Shown: positions 51,019 to 60,072, counted from the stretch's first letter. The stretch: 64,000 nucleotides of DNA from an uncultured Candidatus Saccharibacteria bacterium (GCA_964527185.1 CAZGOI010000002.1:197532-261531), one strand, 5' to 3'. Made by a program: numbers and translations. The notes: generated by a model from the sequence alone, not told the origin.

Positions 51019-52149
51019 ATGAAAAAAATAAAAGAAGAAGATTCAAATATCATAGACTCGATCGCTGAAAATGCAAAGATCGAACTCTCGAGCGTCGGCA
51101 AGATGCTTGAGAAAAGTGAATTGCCTCCGCAAATAGACACGCTCGTCGAAGGCCCAGTCATTTCGATCCAGAAGTCATCGGTCTATATCGACCTTGCCCC
51201 ATTTGGTACGGGTATTATCTATGGTCGCGAGTTTATAAACGCCAAAGATATTATAAAAAAAGTAAATATAGGCGACGTGGTCAAAGCCAAAGTCGTTTCG
51301 ACCGACAACGACGACGGCTACATCGAACTATCGCTCAAAGAAGCCAAGCAAGCCCTGATCTGGAGCGAAGCCGAGAAAGCTATCAAATCAAAAATGCCGA
51401 TCGAACTCACCATCAAGGAGGCAAACAAGGGTGGCCTGATACTAGAGTGGCAAGGCATTCAGGGTTTCTTGCCGGCATCGCAATTAAAGAGCGAACACTA
51501 CCCGCGAGTTGAAGATTCAGACAAAGATAAAATTTTGAAAGCTTTGAAAACACTCGTCGGCAAGCGCATAAACGTTGTCATGATCTCGGCCCTGCCAAAA
51601 GAAGGTAAATTAATTTTCTCTGAGAAAGACAACAACCCAGAAGAGCGGCAAGAAATAGTCGGCAAATACACTGTTGGCGACGAACTCGATTGCACGGTCG
51701 CTGGCATTGTCGACTTTGGCGTTTTCTTAAAAGTTGAAGAAGGTCTCGAGGGTCTCGTACATATTTCAGAACTCGATTGGGGCCTCGTCGAAGACCCTCG
51801 AGCGATGTTTAAAGTCGGCGATAAAGTTCGCGCAAAGATTATTGAAATCAAAGATGGCAAGATTTCTCTTTCGATCAAAGCCCTCAAAGAAAATCCGTGG
51901 CACGAATTTGAAAATACATTGAAGAAGGGCGACATCGTTTCAGGTGTTGTCATCAAGTTCAACAAGCACGGCGCGCTCGTCTCGATAAAGCAGGGTGTGG
52001 CCGGCTTGGTGCACAATTCGAGTTTTGGCTCTGAAGAAAAATTAAAGAAAGCGCTCGAACTCGGAAAAACTTATGACTTCCAAGTCACCCTCTTTGAACC
52101 AAGAGAGCAGCGCATGACGCTTGTCTATCTCGACAAAAAAACTGAATAA
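51019..52149 (+). CDS. rpsA: 30S ribosomal protein S1 (four S1 domains)
   Basis: Repeated S1 OB-fold motifs 'GDVVKAKVVS...', 'GDELDCTVAGIVDFGVFLKV', 'GDKVRAKIIEI', 'GDIVSGVVIKFNKHGALV'. Confidence 0.8.
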   Translation: MKKIKEEDSNIIDSIAENAKIELSSVGKMLEKSELPPQIDTLVEGPVISIQKSSVYIDLAPFGTGIIYGREFINAKDIIKKVNIGDVVKAKVVSTDNDDGYIELSLKEAKQALIWSEAEKAIKSKMPIELTIKEANKGGLILEWQGIQGFLPASQLKSEHYPRVEDSDKDKILKALKTLVGKRINVVMISALPKEGKLIFSEKDNNPEERQEIVGKYTVGDELDCTVAGIVDFGVFLKVEEGLEGLVHISELDWGLVEDPRAMFKVGDKVRAKIIEIKDGKISLSIKALKENPWHEFENTLKKGDIVSGVVIKFNKHGALVSIKQGVAGLVHNSSFGSEEKLKKALELGKTYDFQVTLFEPREQRMTLVYLDKKTE

Positions 52150-52169
52150 TATTCACACCGTGGAGGCTT

Positions 52170-52754
52170 TTAATTATACAAACTCATAGCTTTTTGTTTG
52201 CCGTCTTCAGAAACAGTAGTTAAAATTTCGGAAACTTTTTTGGAAAGTTTTTTGAGGGTTTTTAATTCTTCGTCTTTGAAATTTCCGAGCAGGAATTTAA
52301 GAACTTCTTTTTCGCCTTTTGGTTTTTTGATTTTACCAGTCAGTGTATGCGGCGAGACGCCGATTCGAATGCGCAAAAATTCTTGCGATTTAACTTTTTT
52401 GATGACCGACTGCAGGCCATTGTGCCCACCGCTCGAGCGATCAAAAGAAATTTTTAAACTCCCAACTGGAATATCGAGATCATCGTAAACAACAATCAAA
52501 TTTTTTAATTTTTTAGAATTATCGATAATTTGCGCTACGGCGTTGCCTGAATTGTTCATGAATGTTTCAGGGAGTAGGAAGTCAAATTTTTCTCCATTGA
52601 TTTCACCTTTTGATTTAAGTGATTTTGTTTTCATATCGCTTTTCCAATCTAAGAAGTTATTTTCTTTTGCAACAAATTCCAAAACAATCCGCCCGGCATT
52701 GTGGCGGGTTTTTTCATATTCTTTTCCTGGGTTTCCAAGACCAACGATTAGCAT
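52170..52754 (-). CDS. pth: peptidyl-tRNA hydrolase
   Basis: 'MLIVGLGNPGKEYEKTRHNAGRIVLEF', 'GGHNGLQS'. Confidence 0.9.
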   Translation of the reverse strand: MLIVGLGNPGKEYEKTRHNAGRIVLEFVAKENNFLDWKSDMKTKSLKSKGEINGEKFDFLLPETFMNNSGNAVAQIIDNSKKLKNLIVVYDDLDIPVGSLKISFDRSSGGHNGLQSVIKKVKSQEFLRIRIGVSPHTLTGKIKKPKGEKEVLKFLLGNFKDEELKTLKKLSKKVSEILTTVSEDGKQKAMSLYN

Positions 52755-52933
52755 GTGTGGAATTATTGTATCACAAGTAAAAACTTTTTTATAAAAACGT
52801 CTGGTCCGCGCCGCGATCGAGCCGACGGGAGATCCGAAAACTTTTTTATGTAAGAAGTTTATTTAAAATCTATCAGAACACACAAAATTCTATTCTGTCA
52901 ATAGTATTTGTGTGCTAAAATAAGGCCTATTAA

Positions 52934-53539
52934 ATGGAAAACCAAAACACAACACCGTCACCGCAAGTAACTCCACAGAAATCAGCTCTGCGGAAGCATG
53001 CCGAGAATGCATGGGATTTGGTAAAGTTTGCAATCATCGCACTTGCAATCGTGGTACCGATACGCATGTGGGTTGCCCAACCATTTGTCGTTTCGGGCGA
53101 CTCGATGTTCCCTACTTTTCACGACGGGCAGTATCTCATCATCGATGAAATTTCATATATCCTCGGCACACCACGCCGCGGCGATGTCATAGTCTTCCAC
53201 TATCCAGCCGACCAATCACGATATTTCATAAAGCGCATCATCGGCTTGCCAAATGAAAGAGTTGAGATTAAAGATGGGGTGGTCACAATCTACAACGACC
53301 AAAATAAAAATGGCTTCACTCTAAACGAACCATATATCGATGAAAAATTTTCTGACACCAAATCATACACTCTCGGCGCCGGCCAATACTTTGTCATGGG
53401 AGACAATCGTAACCGCAGTTCAGATTCGCGCTCGTGGGGCCTGCTACCACGAAATCTAATCGTCGGCCGCGTCTACTTGAGGCTTCTGCCAACAAATACC
53501 GTCGCCTACTTGCCTGGCGCATTTAAAGAAGATAAATAA
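52934..53539 (+). CDS. lepB: signal peptidase I
   Basis: Catalytic Ser 'VSGDSMFPTF', Lys box 'KRIIGLPNE', 'GDNRNRSSDSRSWG'. Confidence 0.88.
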   Translation: MENQNTTPSPQVTPQKSALRKHAENAWDLVKFAIIALAIVVPIRMWVAQPFVVSGDSMFPTFHDGQYLIIDEISYILGTPRRGDVIVFHYPADQSRYFIKRIIGLPNERVEIKDGVVTIYNDQNKNGFTLNEPYIDEKFSDTKSYTLGAGQYFVMGDNRNRSSDSRSWGLLPRNLIVGRVYLRLLPTNTVAYLPGAFKEDK

Positions 53540-53541
53540 TT

Positions 53542-54837
53542 ATGACCGAAAAGAAAAAATCAAATAAAGAAACATTTCAAACCGTCAGAGGCATGCGAGA
53601 TATTTCTGGCGACGTTTACTACCACTTTCAAGGTTTATTTGAAAAGGCTCAAGAAGTTGCAGTCTACTATGGCTTCAAACCGATAGACACGCCGATCGCC
53701 GAACACGAAGAAGTTTTCACTTCATCGATCGGCGTTGGCACAGATATCGTCGATAAAGAAATGTATACCCTAAAAACAAAGGGTGGCGACCACTTGGCCC
53801 TGCGACCCGAGCACACGGCCGGTCTAATGCGAAGCTATATCGAGCACGGCATGCAAGCCGAGCCGCAGCCGTTGCTTTTCTATAACTACGGCCCGGTTTT
53901 CAGACACGATAGCCCGCAGAAAGGGCGCTACCGACAATTTTGGCAGTTCGACATGGACGCCCTCGGCAGCGACAAGAGCATTCTAGATGCGCTCGTCATC
54001 AAAGCTACGTGGACGATTTTAATGGAGGCCGGGGCAGAGGGTTTATCTCTTGATATCAATTCGATCGGCGACAAAGAATGCCGCGCAAGCTATATAAAAG
54101 AGTTAGTCGCCTACTACCGCAAACATGCGAATGCTCTGCCGACGATCGATCGCGAGAGGTTGAAGTCAAACCCGCTCAGAGTTTTAGATTCGAAAGAAGA
54201 AAAAACTATCGAGCTCAACCAAAACGCGCCTGACATGCTTTCGTATCTATGCCCGGCGTGCAAAAAACATTTTAAAGAAGTGCTTGAATACTTGGAGCAG
54301 ATGGAAATCCCCTACAACATAAACAAGTGCCTCGTTCGCGGGCTTTCATACTACACTCGCACAGTGGCCGAAGTCATGATCGACGACAGAGAGTCTGGCA
54401 AAAAAGTCACGATCGCCGCTGGTGGGCGGTATGACTACCTCGGCCGGCAACTCGGCAGTAAAAAAGACGTGCCAGCCGTCGGTATGTCAATCGGTGTTGA
54501 CCGCATTGTCGAGGCCCCGTGGTTTGCCAAACTCACGCCGAGGATTTTGAAAAAACCAAAAATATATTTTATCCAACTCGGTTGGGAAGCAAAATTAAAA
54601 TCTCTGAACGTCATTGAAATATTGCGCAAGGGTAAAGTGCCGATCGCCCAGTCGATATCAAAAGACAATCTGAGTTCTCAACTTTCTATGGCAGAGAAGC
54701 TCGGCATGCACTACGCCATAATATTTGGCCAAAAAGAAGCGATGGAAAATTCTGTCATCGTTCGCGATATGAACAATCGCTCCCAAGAGACGGTTAAATT
54801 GCCAAAACTCCTCGAATACATAAAAGAATTAAAATAA
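53542..54837 (+). CDS. hisS: histidyl-tRNA synthetase
   Basis: Class II motifs 'FQTVRGMRD', 'LRPEHTAGLMRSY', 'GGRYD'. Confidence 0.9.
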   Translation: MTEKKKSNKETFQTVRGMRDISGDVYYHFQGLFEKAQEVAVYYGFKPIDTPIAEHEEVFTSSIGVGTDIVDKEMYTLKTKGGDHLALRPEHTAGLMRSYIEHGMQAEPQPLLFYNYGPVFRHDSPQKGRYRQFWQFDMDALGSDKSILDALVIKATWTILMEAGAEGLSLDINSIGDKECRASYIKELVAYYRKHANALPTIDRERLKSNPLRVLDSKEEKTIELNQNAPDMLSYLCPACKKHFKEVLEYLEQMEIPYNINKCLVRGLSYYTRTVAEVMIDDRESGKKVTIAAGGRYDYLGRQLGSKKDVPAVGMSIGVDRIVEAPWFAKLTPRILKKPKIYFIQLGWEAKLKSLNVIEILRKGKVPIAQSISKDNLSSQLSMAEKLGMHYAIIFGQKEAMENSVIVRDMNNRSQETVKLPKLLEYIKELK

Positions 54838-54838
54838 T

Positions 54839-55384
54839 ATGGTTTCAATCATTCAAAATGGCCACCCGACTTTGCGCAAAGTTGCAAAAGAGGTTCATAT
54901 TGCCAAAGTCACAGAACCAAAAATAAAAAAAGTTTTGAAAGATATGGCCGAGGCCCTGCATAGAGAAGACGACGGTGTGGCAATCGCCGCGCCGCAGATC
55001 AATGTGCCTCTGCGAATTTTTATTGTCAATGGTAAAATTTTTGAAGATGGTTTTGAGCGCGGAAAAAAAGAAAGTTTGCGAAAAACTTCGGCAAAAAAAA
55101 TCCCAGACATGGTTTTCGTAAACCCGGTATTCAAAAAAATTTCAAAAGATAAAAAACTCTTAGCCGAAGGCTGCCTGTCGGTCAGACCGCTTTATGGCAA
55201 AGTGCGCCGAGCAACACGAGCGACGGTCGAAGCCTATGACGAGCACGGAAAAAAATTTACCAAATCAGGCAGCGGGTTGCTGGCCCACATATTTCAACAC
55301 GAGATCGACCATTTAGAAGGTATCTTATTCATAGATAAGGCTCGCGACATCCACGAGTCGACGCCTGAAGAAGAATATAAATAG
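54839..55384 (+). CDS. def: peptide deformylase
   Basis: 'EGCLSV' and 'HEIDHLEG' metal-binding motifs. Confidence 0.9.
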   Translation: MVSIIQNGHPTLRKVAKEVHIAKVTEPKIKKVLKDMAEALHREDDGVAIAAPQINVPLRIFIVNGKIFEDGFERGKKESLRKTSAKKIPDMVFVNPVFKKISKDKKLLAEGCLSVRPLYGKVRRATRATVEAYDEHGKKFTKSGSGLLAHIFQHEIDHLEGILFIDKARDIHESTPEEEYK

Positions 55385-55386
55385 CC

Positions 55387-56214
55387 ATGAGTAAAAATTT
55401 TGCATTTTGGGGCAGCCCGATGGTTGCAAGCCAGACGCTTGAAATCTTGCATAGAGCTGGGTTTGTGCCGACTGTTATAGTAACTTCACCCGACAGGCCG
55501 GCCGGCCGCGGTATGCGCCTGACCGAGACCGAGGTCGCAACTTGGGCGAAAAATAATAAAATTGAATGTCTAAAACCGGAAAAAATCAATAAAGATTTTA
55601 TCGAAAAATTTAAAAGTTACAAAATAGATCTTTCAATCGTCGTTGCTTATGGAAAAATTTTGCCAGAGGAAATTATAAATTTGCCTCGACTTGGAACCCT
55701 CAATATTCACTACTCACTTTTGCCAAAATATCGCGGGGCTTCGCCTGTTGAGCAAGCGCTACTTTTGGGCGAGACTGTAACTGGGGTTAGCATTCAACAG
55801 ATGGAAGAGAGGCTCGACAGCGGACCGATACTTGCAAACAAAGAACTCGAAATTGGCAGCCATGAAATGAAGGGTGAACTTTTATCTAGATTGATCAACC
55901 TCGGCGCAGAACTTTTGCGAGACATATTGCCGAGAGTTTTTGAATCTAGGATCGAGAAAATAAAACAAGATGAGGGTTTGGCAACGTTTTGTAAAAAAAT
56001 AGAAAAGAGCGATGGAGAAATCGACCCGACTGGCAGTCCAGTAGAAAATTACAATAAATATCGGGCTTTTGAAGGCTGGCCGGGAGTTTATTTTTTCAAA
56101 AATGGCAAAAGAATAAAAATAACGAAGGCAAAATTTGAAAATGGCTCGTTTTTGATCGAGACGGTTATCCCCGAAGGTAAAAAAGAAATCGATTGGTCTA
56201 GTATTTCGAAGTAA
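55387..56214 (+). CDS. fmt: methionyl-tRNA formyltransferase
   Basis: 'SPDRPAGRGMRL', 'NIHYSLLPKYRGASPVEQALLLGE' (formyltransferase SLLP motif). Confidence 0.9.
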   Translation: MSKNFAFWGSPMVASQTLEILHRAGFVPTVIVTSPDRPAGRGMRLTETEVATWAKNNKIECLKPEKINKDFIEKFKSYKIDLSIVVAYGKILPEEIINLPRLGTLNIHYSLLPKYRGASPVEQALLLGETVTGVSIQQMEERLDSGPILANKELEIGSHEMKGELLSRLINLGAELLRDILPRVFESRIEKIKQDEGLATFCKKIEKSDGEIDPTGSPVENYNKYRAFEGWPGVYFFKNGKRIKITKAKFENGSFLIETVIPEGKKEIDWSSISK

Positions 56215-56581
56215 ATGGGTTGCGCTTCGATAAACCCTTTAGCATTTTTTTGACACTAGTTGCCCCGCGCTTAAAAAGTGTTTGCTTTCTGTCTTTGGTG
56301 TGGGTAATCCGCCCAAAAATTTGATCTTTGGCATTGTCGATGGCGGTGTAGAGGTCGCTACTTTCCGATTGAGCAAAAAAACGTTTTCCTTGAAAAGAAA
56401 TATCGAACTCGGCTTTGTAAAAATCTCCTTGCTTGTGGTGGTTGGTTGTCTTGCCTACTTCGACATAGCCAAAAATATCGTCGCCCTGGGTAAATTTTTC
56501 TAAAGTTAATAATTTTTTCTTAACATAATCGTTGATAGCCTCGGTCAATTCCATATTGGTCGCTTTAATATTTATGTTCAT
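56198..56581 (-). CDS. hpf: ribosome hibernation promoting factor (RaiA/HPF family)
   Basis: 'MNINIKATNMELTEAINDYVKKKLLTLEKF'. Confidence 0.8.
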   Translation of the reverse strand: MNINIKATNMELTEAINDYVKKKLLTLEKFTQGDDIFGYVEVGKTTNHHKQGDFYKAEFDISFQGKRFFAQSESSDLYTAIDNAKDQIFGRITHTKDRKQTLFKRGATSVKKMLKGLSKRNPFTSKY

Positions 56582-56855
56582 GTTCTGATTATAACAAAAT
56601 CTCTGCTATAATATCCATATGTCTAAAAAAGCGCTCAAAATACATCAAAAGGGTGTTCGACCAGGCCTCTTCACCGCCCACCGGTTGCAACCAAATGTCA
56701 AAAATTTTGGCAGTCGTCAAGTGCGTAAGTCTAAAAAATCTTAGGTGGTGGGCAAGCCAAATTCGGCTTGTTTTTTGTCACAATGTATTTTTTTGAACGT
56801 TAGTGTATAATGTGTTTCGTCGATATTATTTATTAATTAACTTAACAATAAAATA

Positions 56856-57317
56856 ATGTTAAACAAGAATTTTGCTAAAACCATTGCAGCTGTCGGTATC
56901 ATGAGTGCGCTTGCATTCACAGCTTTTGCCGAAAATAGTTCTGGTACATCGGGTGGTACTACACCAGCCGTTACAAGTAATACAGTTTCTGCAACAGCTA
57001 TCGCTTGCGTCGGTCAGGCCGTTAGTGCTCGCGAGCAAGCTATAGATGCTGCTACAACTACATTTACAAGTGCTGCCAATGCAGCATACAGTGCTCGTGC
57101 TTCTGCATTAGCTGCTGCATATCAAAAAACAACAAAAGCTGATGTGAAGAGTGCGGTTAAAGCTGCTTGGAGTGCATTTAATTCAGCTATGAAGAGCGCT
57201 CGCTCTGCATGGAATAGTGCCCGCAAGAGTGCTTGGAGTGCATTTAGAACTGCAGCAAGAGCTTGCAAAGCTTCTTCAATTGTCGATTCTAGTTCACAAG
57301 AAAATTCTGGTTTGTAA
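56856..57317 (+). CDS. secreted Ala/Ser-rich repeat protein
   Basis: Signal peptide 'MLNKNFAKTIAAVGIMSALAFTAFA'; repeats 'SAFNSAMKSARSAWNSARKSAWSAFRTAARA'. Confidence 0.5.
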   Translation: MLNKNFAKTIAAVGIMSALAFTAFAENSSGTSGGTTPAVTSNTVSATAIACVGQAVSAREQAIDAATTTFTSAANAAYSARASALAAAYQKTTKADVKSAVKAAWSAFNSAMKSARSAWNSARKSAWSAFRTAARACKASSIVDSSSQENSGL

Positions 57318-57335
57318 TTTAAAACCTCTATCAGA

Positions 57336-57362
57336 AAAAGCCCGCTCTGCGGGCTTTTTCTT
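57336..57362 (+). terminator. rho-independent terminator
   Basis: AAAAAGCCCGC-TCT-GCGGGCTTTTTCTTT. Confidence 0.75.
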
Positions 57363-57411
57363 TGCCTTTTGAGTCTTTTTTTGATAGTATATTTGGCATT
57401 CCAGAGTAGCT

Positions 57412-57528
57412 GAAATGCGAAGCATTTCAGAGGCGGACTTCGACCTTGGGTCGAGGAGCTGGGGTCGCGAAATTTTCTAGCAAGAAAATATTAGTGACCA
57501 GCGGTTCCGCTTTGCTACTCTAGAAACC
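57412..57528 (+). repeat. conserved structured about 100-nt element, copy 2, flanked by 16-nt direct repeats of the tRNA-Asn 5' end
   Basis: GCATTCCAGAGTAGCT (57396-57411) matches GCATTCCGGAGTAGCT (57529-57544). The insert has a perfect 8-bp hairpin TGAAATGC-GAA-GCATTTCA and the core GGGGTCGCGAAATTTTCTAGCAAGAAAATATTAGTGA. Confidence 0.5.
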
Positions 57529-57532
57529 GCAT

Positions 57533-57604
57533 TCCGGAGTAGCTCAGCGGTAGAGCAGTCGCCTGTTAAGCGATTGGTCGCAGGTTCGATCCCTGCCTCC
57601 GGAG
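57533..57604 (+). tRNA. tRNA-Asn (anticodon GTT) with a U1:A72 acceptor pair; CC of CCA encoded
   Basis: Acceptor TCCGGAG/CTCCGGA, D-arm GCTC-AGCGGTA-GAGC, anticodon stem GTCGC/GCGAT with loop CTGTTAA, T-arm GCAGG-TTCGATC-CCTGC, discriminator G then CC. Confidence 0.8.
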
Positions 57605-58205
57605 CCCTATAGGTTGGTTAGAAGTTGCAAGTATCTTGTCAAAGGGAGAACGCATTGAAAACACTAGGTTTTTTCCTTCTAACTGACAGTTCTGAAGTAG
57701 AAAATTAAGAAGTTGCCTTTTTTCAGGCACTTCAGAACTCTTGAAAATCTCAAGAGCTCTTTTTGCTATGTTTAGTATTGTATTTGCAATCAAATAGAAC
57801 TCTTCATCTGCTTCAGAGTGAATACTCATATCTGTGAGAATAGCACTTTGTCTTTCTTTGAACTCTTTCAATTTTCTGTCATACATTTCATCAGTAATTC
57901 GCCTCATACGATATACCATATTCGCCTATAATATTCTCAGCTAGTTTAGTATATTTATTATTTGTTGCAGTTTGAGCTTCTCGTTTTAGTTTCTCATATC
58001 TATCAGAAATTGAGTAAACCATAGGCAGTTTTCTGAAATTAGTTTCTTTATTTTTCTCTTTTTTCAGTAGTTTTATTTTATTAACAAATGGTTTGTTTTT
58101 CAATAATTCACTAAGATAAGAAACCATTTTTGTATTGGCTTTTGATTTTTTGCCGATAAAGTAATCTGGGTATTCAATATCAGATATATCTTTCATATTA
58201 TTCAC
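57566..58205 (-). pseudogene. two overlapping out-of-frame ORFs resembling the C-terminal region of a large serine recombinase (remnant); the 3' end reads antisense through tRNA-Asn
   Basis: ORFs 57891-58205 and 57566-57919 overlap by 29 nt in different frames. The distal C-terminus 'KRQLLNFLLQNCQLEGKNLVFSMRSPF' resembles the LSR C-terminal motif, and the last 13 codons are the reverse complement of the tRNA. No catalytic N-terminal domain is present. Confidence 0.3.
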
Positions 58206-58283
58206 TTTACTTTAGTTTACAATACTTAGCAACATTTTGTTGTATAAATACGCAAATTAAGTTATAATTCAGATACAAAAATT

Positions 58284-58751
58284 ATGGATAAAAATCATCA
58301 ATTATTAGCATATTTAGCTAAAGAACATCCTTCAGCTTCTATCACAGTATTGATGAAGCTCTCTTATTTAGTTGATCTTGTAAGCGTAAAAAAATTAGGT
58401 CAAAAGATTTCTTCTTTTGATTATATTCGTTATAGTTATGGTCCATTTGCTCAAGAGGTTTATGGTATTGTTGAGGACCTAACTCTTAAAAAAATACTCG
58501 CTACAAAAAATGATTATGCAGGTGGTAGTGTTGAATATATAACTTATACATTTACTAATTCTGAAGATTTTTCTTTTGATAAATTGTCAGAAGAAGAGGT
58601 TTCTGTAATAAATGAAATGATGTCTGAACTAAAGGGCTATGGTGCTAAAACTTTAACTGAAATAGCATACAAAACTAAACCTATGGTTGGTCTAGGTGCA
58701 ACGCTTGGTGGGACTGAGGGTCTTTTCAAAAAACTTGATCTAGCTCAATAA
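58284..58751 (+). CDS. Panacea (DUF4065)-domain protein, putative antitoxin-like
   Basis: 'SITVLMKLSYLVDLVSVKKLGQKISSFDYIRYSYGPFAQEVYGIV' matches the Panacea/SocA-GepA-like core (KLxKLxY...W..GPV...Y pattern). Confidence 0.5.
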   Translation: MDKNHQLLAYLAKEHPSASITVLMKLSYLVDLVSVKKLGQKISSFDYIRYSYGPFAQEVYGIVEDLTLKKILATKNDYAGGSVEYITYTFTNSEDFSFDKLSEEEVSVINEMMSELKGYGAKTLTEIAYKTKPMVGLGATLGGTEGLFKKLDLAQ

Positions 58752-58754
58752 TAT

Positions 58755-59261
58755 ATGCAGATGCCTGAAGCGGTTACTTTGATGTATTATCATCCTAGAA
58801 ATACATTTGCTGATAAAACTTCAGAAGAAGAAAGAACGGGTGTAATCAAAAAGAAATATAAGTTGTTATTCAAACAGCATAAAGAATTAGGTCTTTATGT
58901 GTTTTTTGTTTTGACTAGTAGTCCTTCTGCTTGTGTGAAGGAAAGAATGTTTTCTATAAATAAAACAGATTGGGAAGAAAGATTAGGAAACAGCTTAGAT
59001 GCTGATTGCTCATACACTGATATTCAAAGCCATTCAGTAGTTCACGATAAAAGCGAGGTTTTAGAAAAAGCCAGTAATCCTAAAATAGGTTTTTCTTATG
59101 TGGCTAAACTATATCAATCAAAGTTCAATGAATTATCCACTGCAATAGAAAACTATCTTTCTGCTACAACAGCAAAGACGGATATTGAAAAAAGAGATTT
59201 CTTAAAAAGTATTGTTCTTGAAGATAAAGCTACAGATTTTATCAATAAGTTTAAGGTTTAG
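58755..59261 (+). CDS. hypothetical protein, candidate toxin partner of the Panacea-domain gene
   Basis: 168 aa; starts 4 nt after the Panacea ORF stop; no recognisable motif. Confidence 0.35.
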   Translation: MQMPEAVTLMYYHPRNTFADKTSEEERTGVIKKKYKLLFKQHKELGLYVFFVLTSSPSACVKERMFSINKTDWEERLGNSLDADCSYTDIQSHSVVHDKSEVLEKASNPKIGFSYVAKLYQSKFNELSTAIENYLSATTAKTDIEKRDFLKSIVLEDKATDFINKFKV

Positions 59262-59340
59262 CTTCCAGTTTGCTGTATCTTGGAAAGAAGGTCATTATTT
59301 GGCTAAAACCTAATTCTTTTTGTATTTCTTTCCAGTTTAT

Positions 59341-59401
59341 AGTTCTGAACTCGGACAATACAGGGAGCCAACTTGACTTTTATATATTTTTATGCTACTA
59401 T
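59341..59401 (+). promoter_or_regulatory. operator-like inverted repeat plus sigma-70-type promoter (module copy 1)
   Basis: IR AGTTC-T-GAACT (59341-59351); -35 TTGACT (59373-59378), 17-nt spacer, -10 TACTAT (59396-59401). Confidence 0.45.
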
Positions 59402-59517
59402 ACGAATGTAGCGGCTCTTTGATATTAATGGTTGTTTATGATTGATTTTGTTGGGTTTTCCCTACACCTTTATAGGACTAGAGAAAACTCAATAATTCAA
59501 AAACTAAAACAATTAAA

Positions 59518-59976
59518 ATGAAAAAAATTCTTGATGAAGAAATCGTAATAAGCAATATCCAATACATCTATCCTGTATTACCTACAGGAGACGAATTAAG
59601 GATTGCACTAGGTGCACTATCTCTGACCAATCAAAAATCGAACGTCAATGATGATTGCCATCCAATGATAGTTGGGTGGAACGAAAACTCCGCAGTCGAT
59701 TTTGCTGACTTTCAATGGTGGATTAAGTGCCTCATTGAAGAAAGCCATTTTATTATTGGGAAGAAGATTATCACTTTTGCAGAAAAATTAGATCTGTACC
59801 CTGAGGAAGCTTGTGGAGAACCTTCTGTCACTTTAAAATTCAAAGACGGTACAATGTTCAGAATTACACAAAGAGACATCAGCAAGCCGATTGAAGTTTG
59901 CGTACGAGGCGATGGCCCAAATTTCCTGAAGATGAAAATTAAGGAATACGGGTACACTCCTATTCCTTTCGATTAA
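59518..59976 (+). CDS. hypothetical protein (152 aa), cassette 1
   Basis: ORF preceded by the module promoter and leader, followed by a terminator hairpin. Confidence 0.4.
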   Translation: MKKILDEEIVISNIQYIYPVLPTGDELRIALGALSLTNQKSNVNDDCHPMIVGWNENSAVDFADFQWWIKCLIEESHFIIGKKIITFAEKLDLYPEEACGEPSVTLKFKDGTMFRITQRDISKPIEVCVRGDGPNFLKMKIKEYGYTPIPFD

Positions 59977-60001
59977 ATTCATCTAAAATAGAAAATAATT
60001 T

Positions 60002-60031
60002 AAGTTCCTTGCCAAAACAAGGAACTTTTTA
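60002..60031 (+). terminator. rho-independent terminator after cassette 1
   Basis: AAGTTCCTTG-CCAAAA-CAAGGAACTT followed by TTTTT. Confidence 0.65.
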
Positions 60032-60072
60032 TATACATAGCTGATATAAAGTAAAAATGTTAATATTAATTA

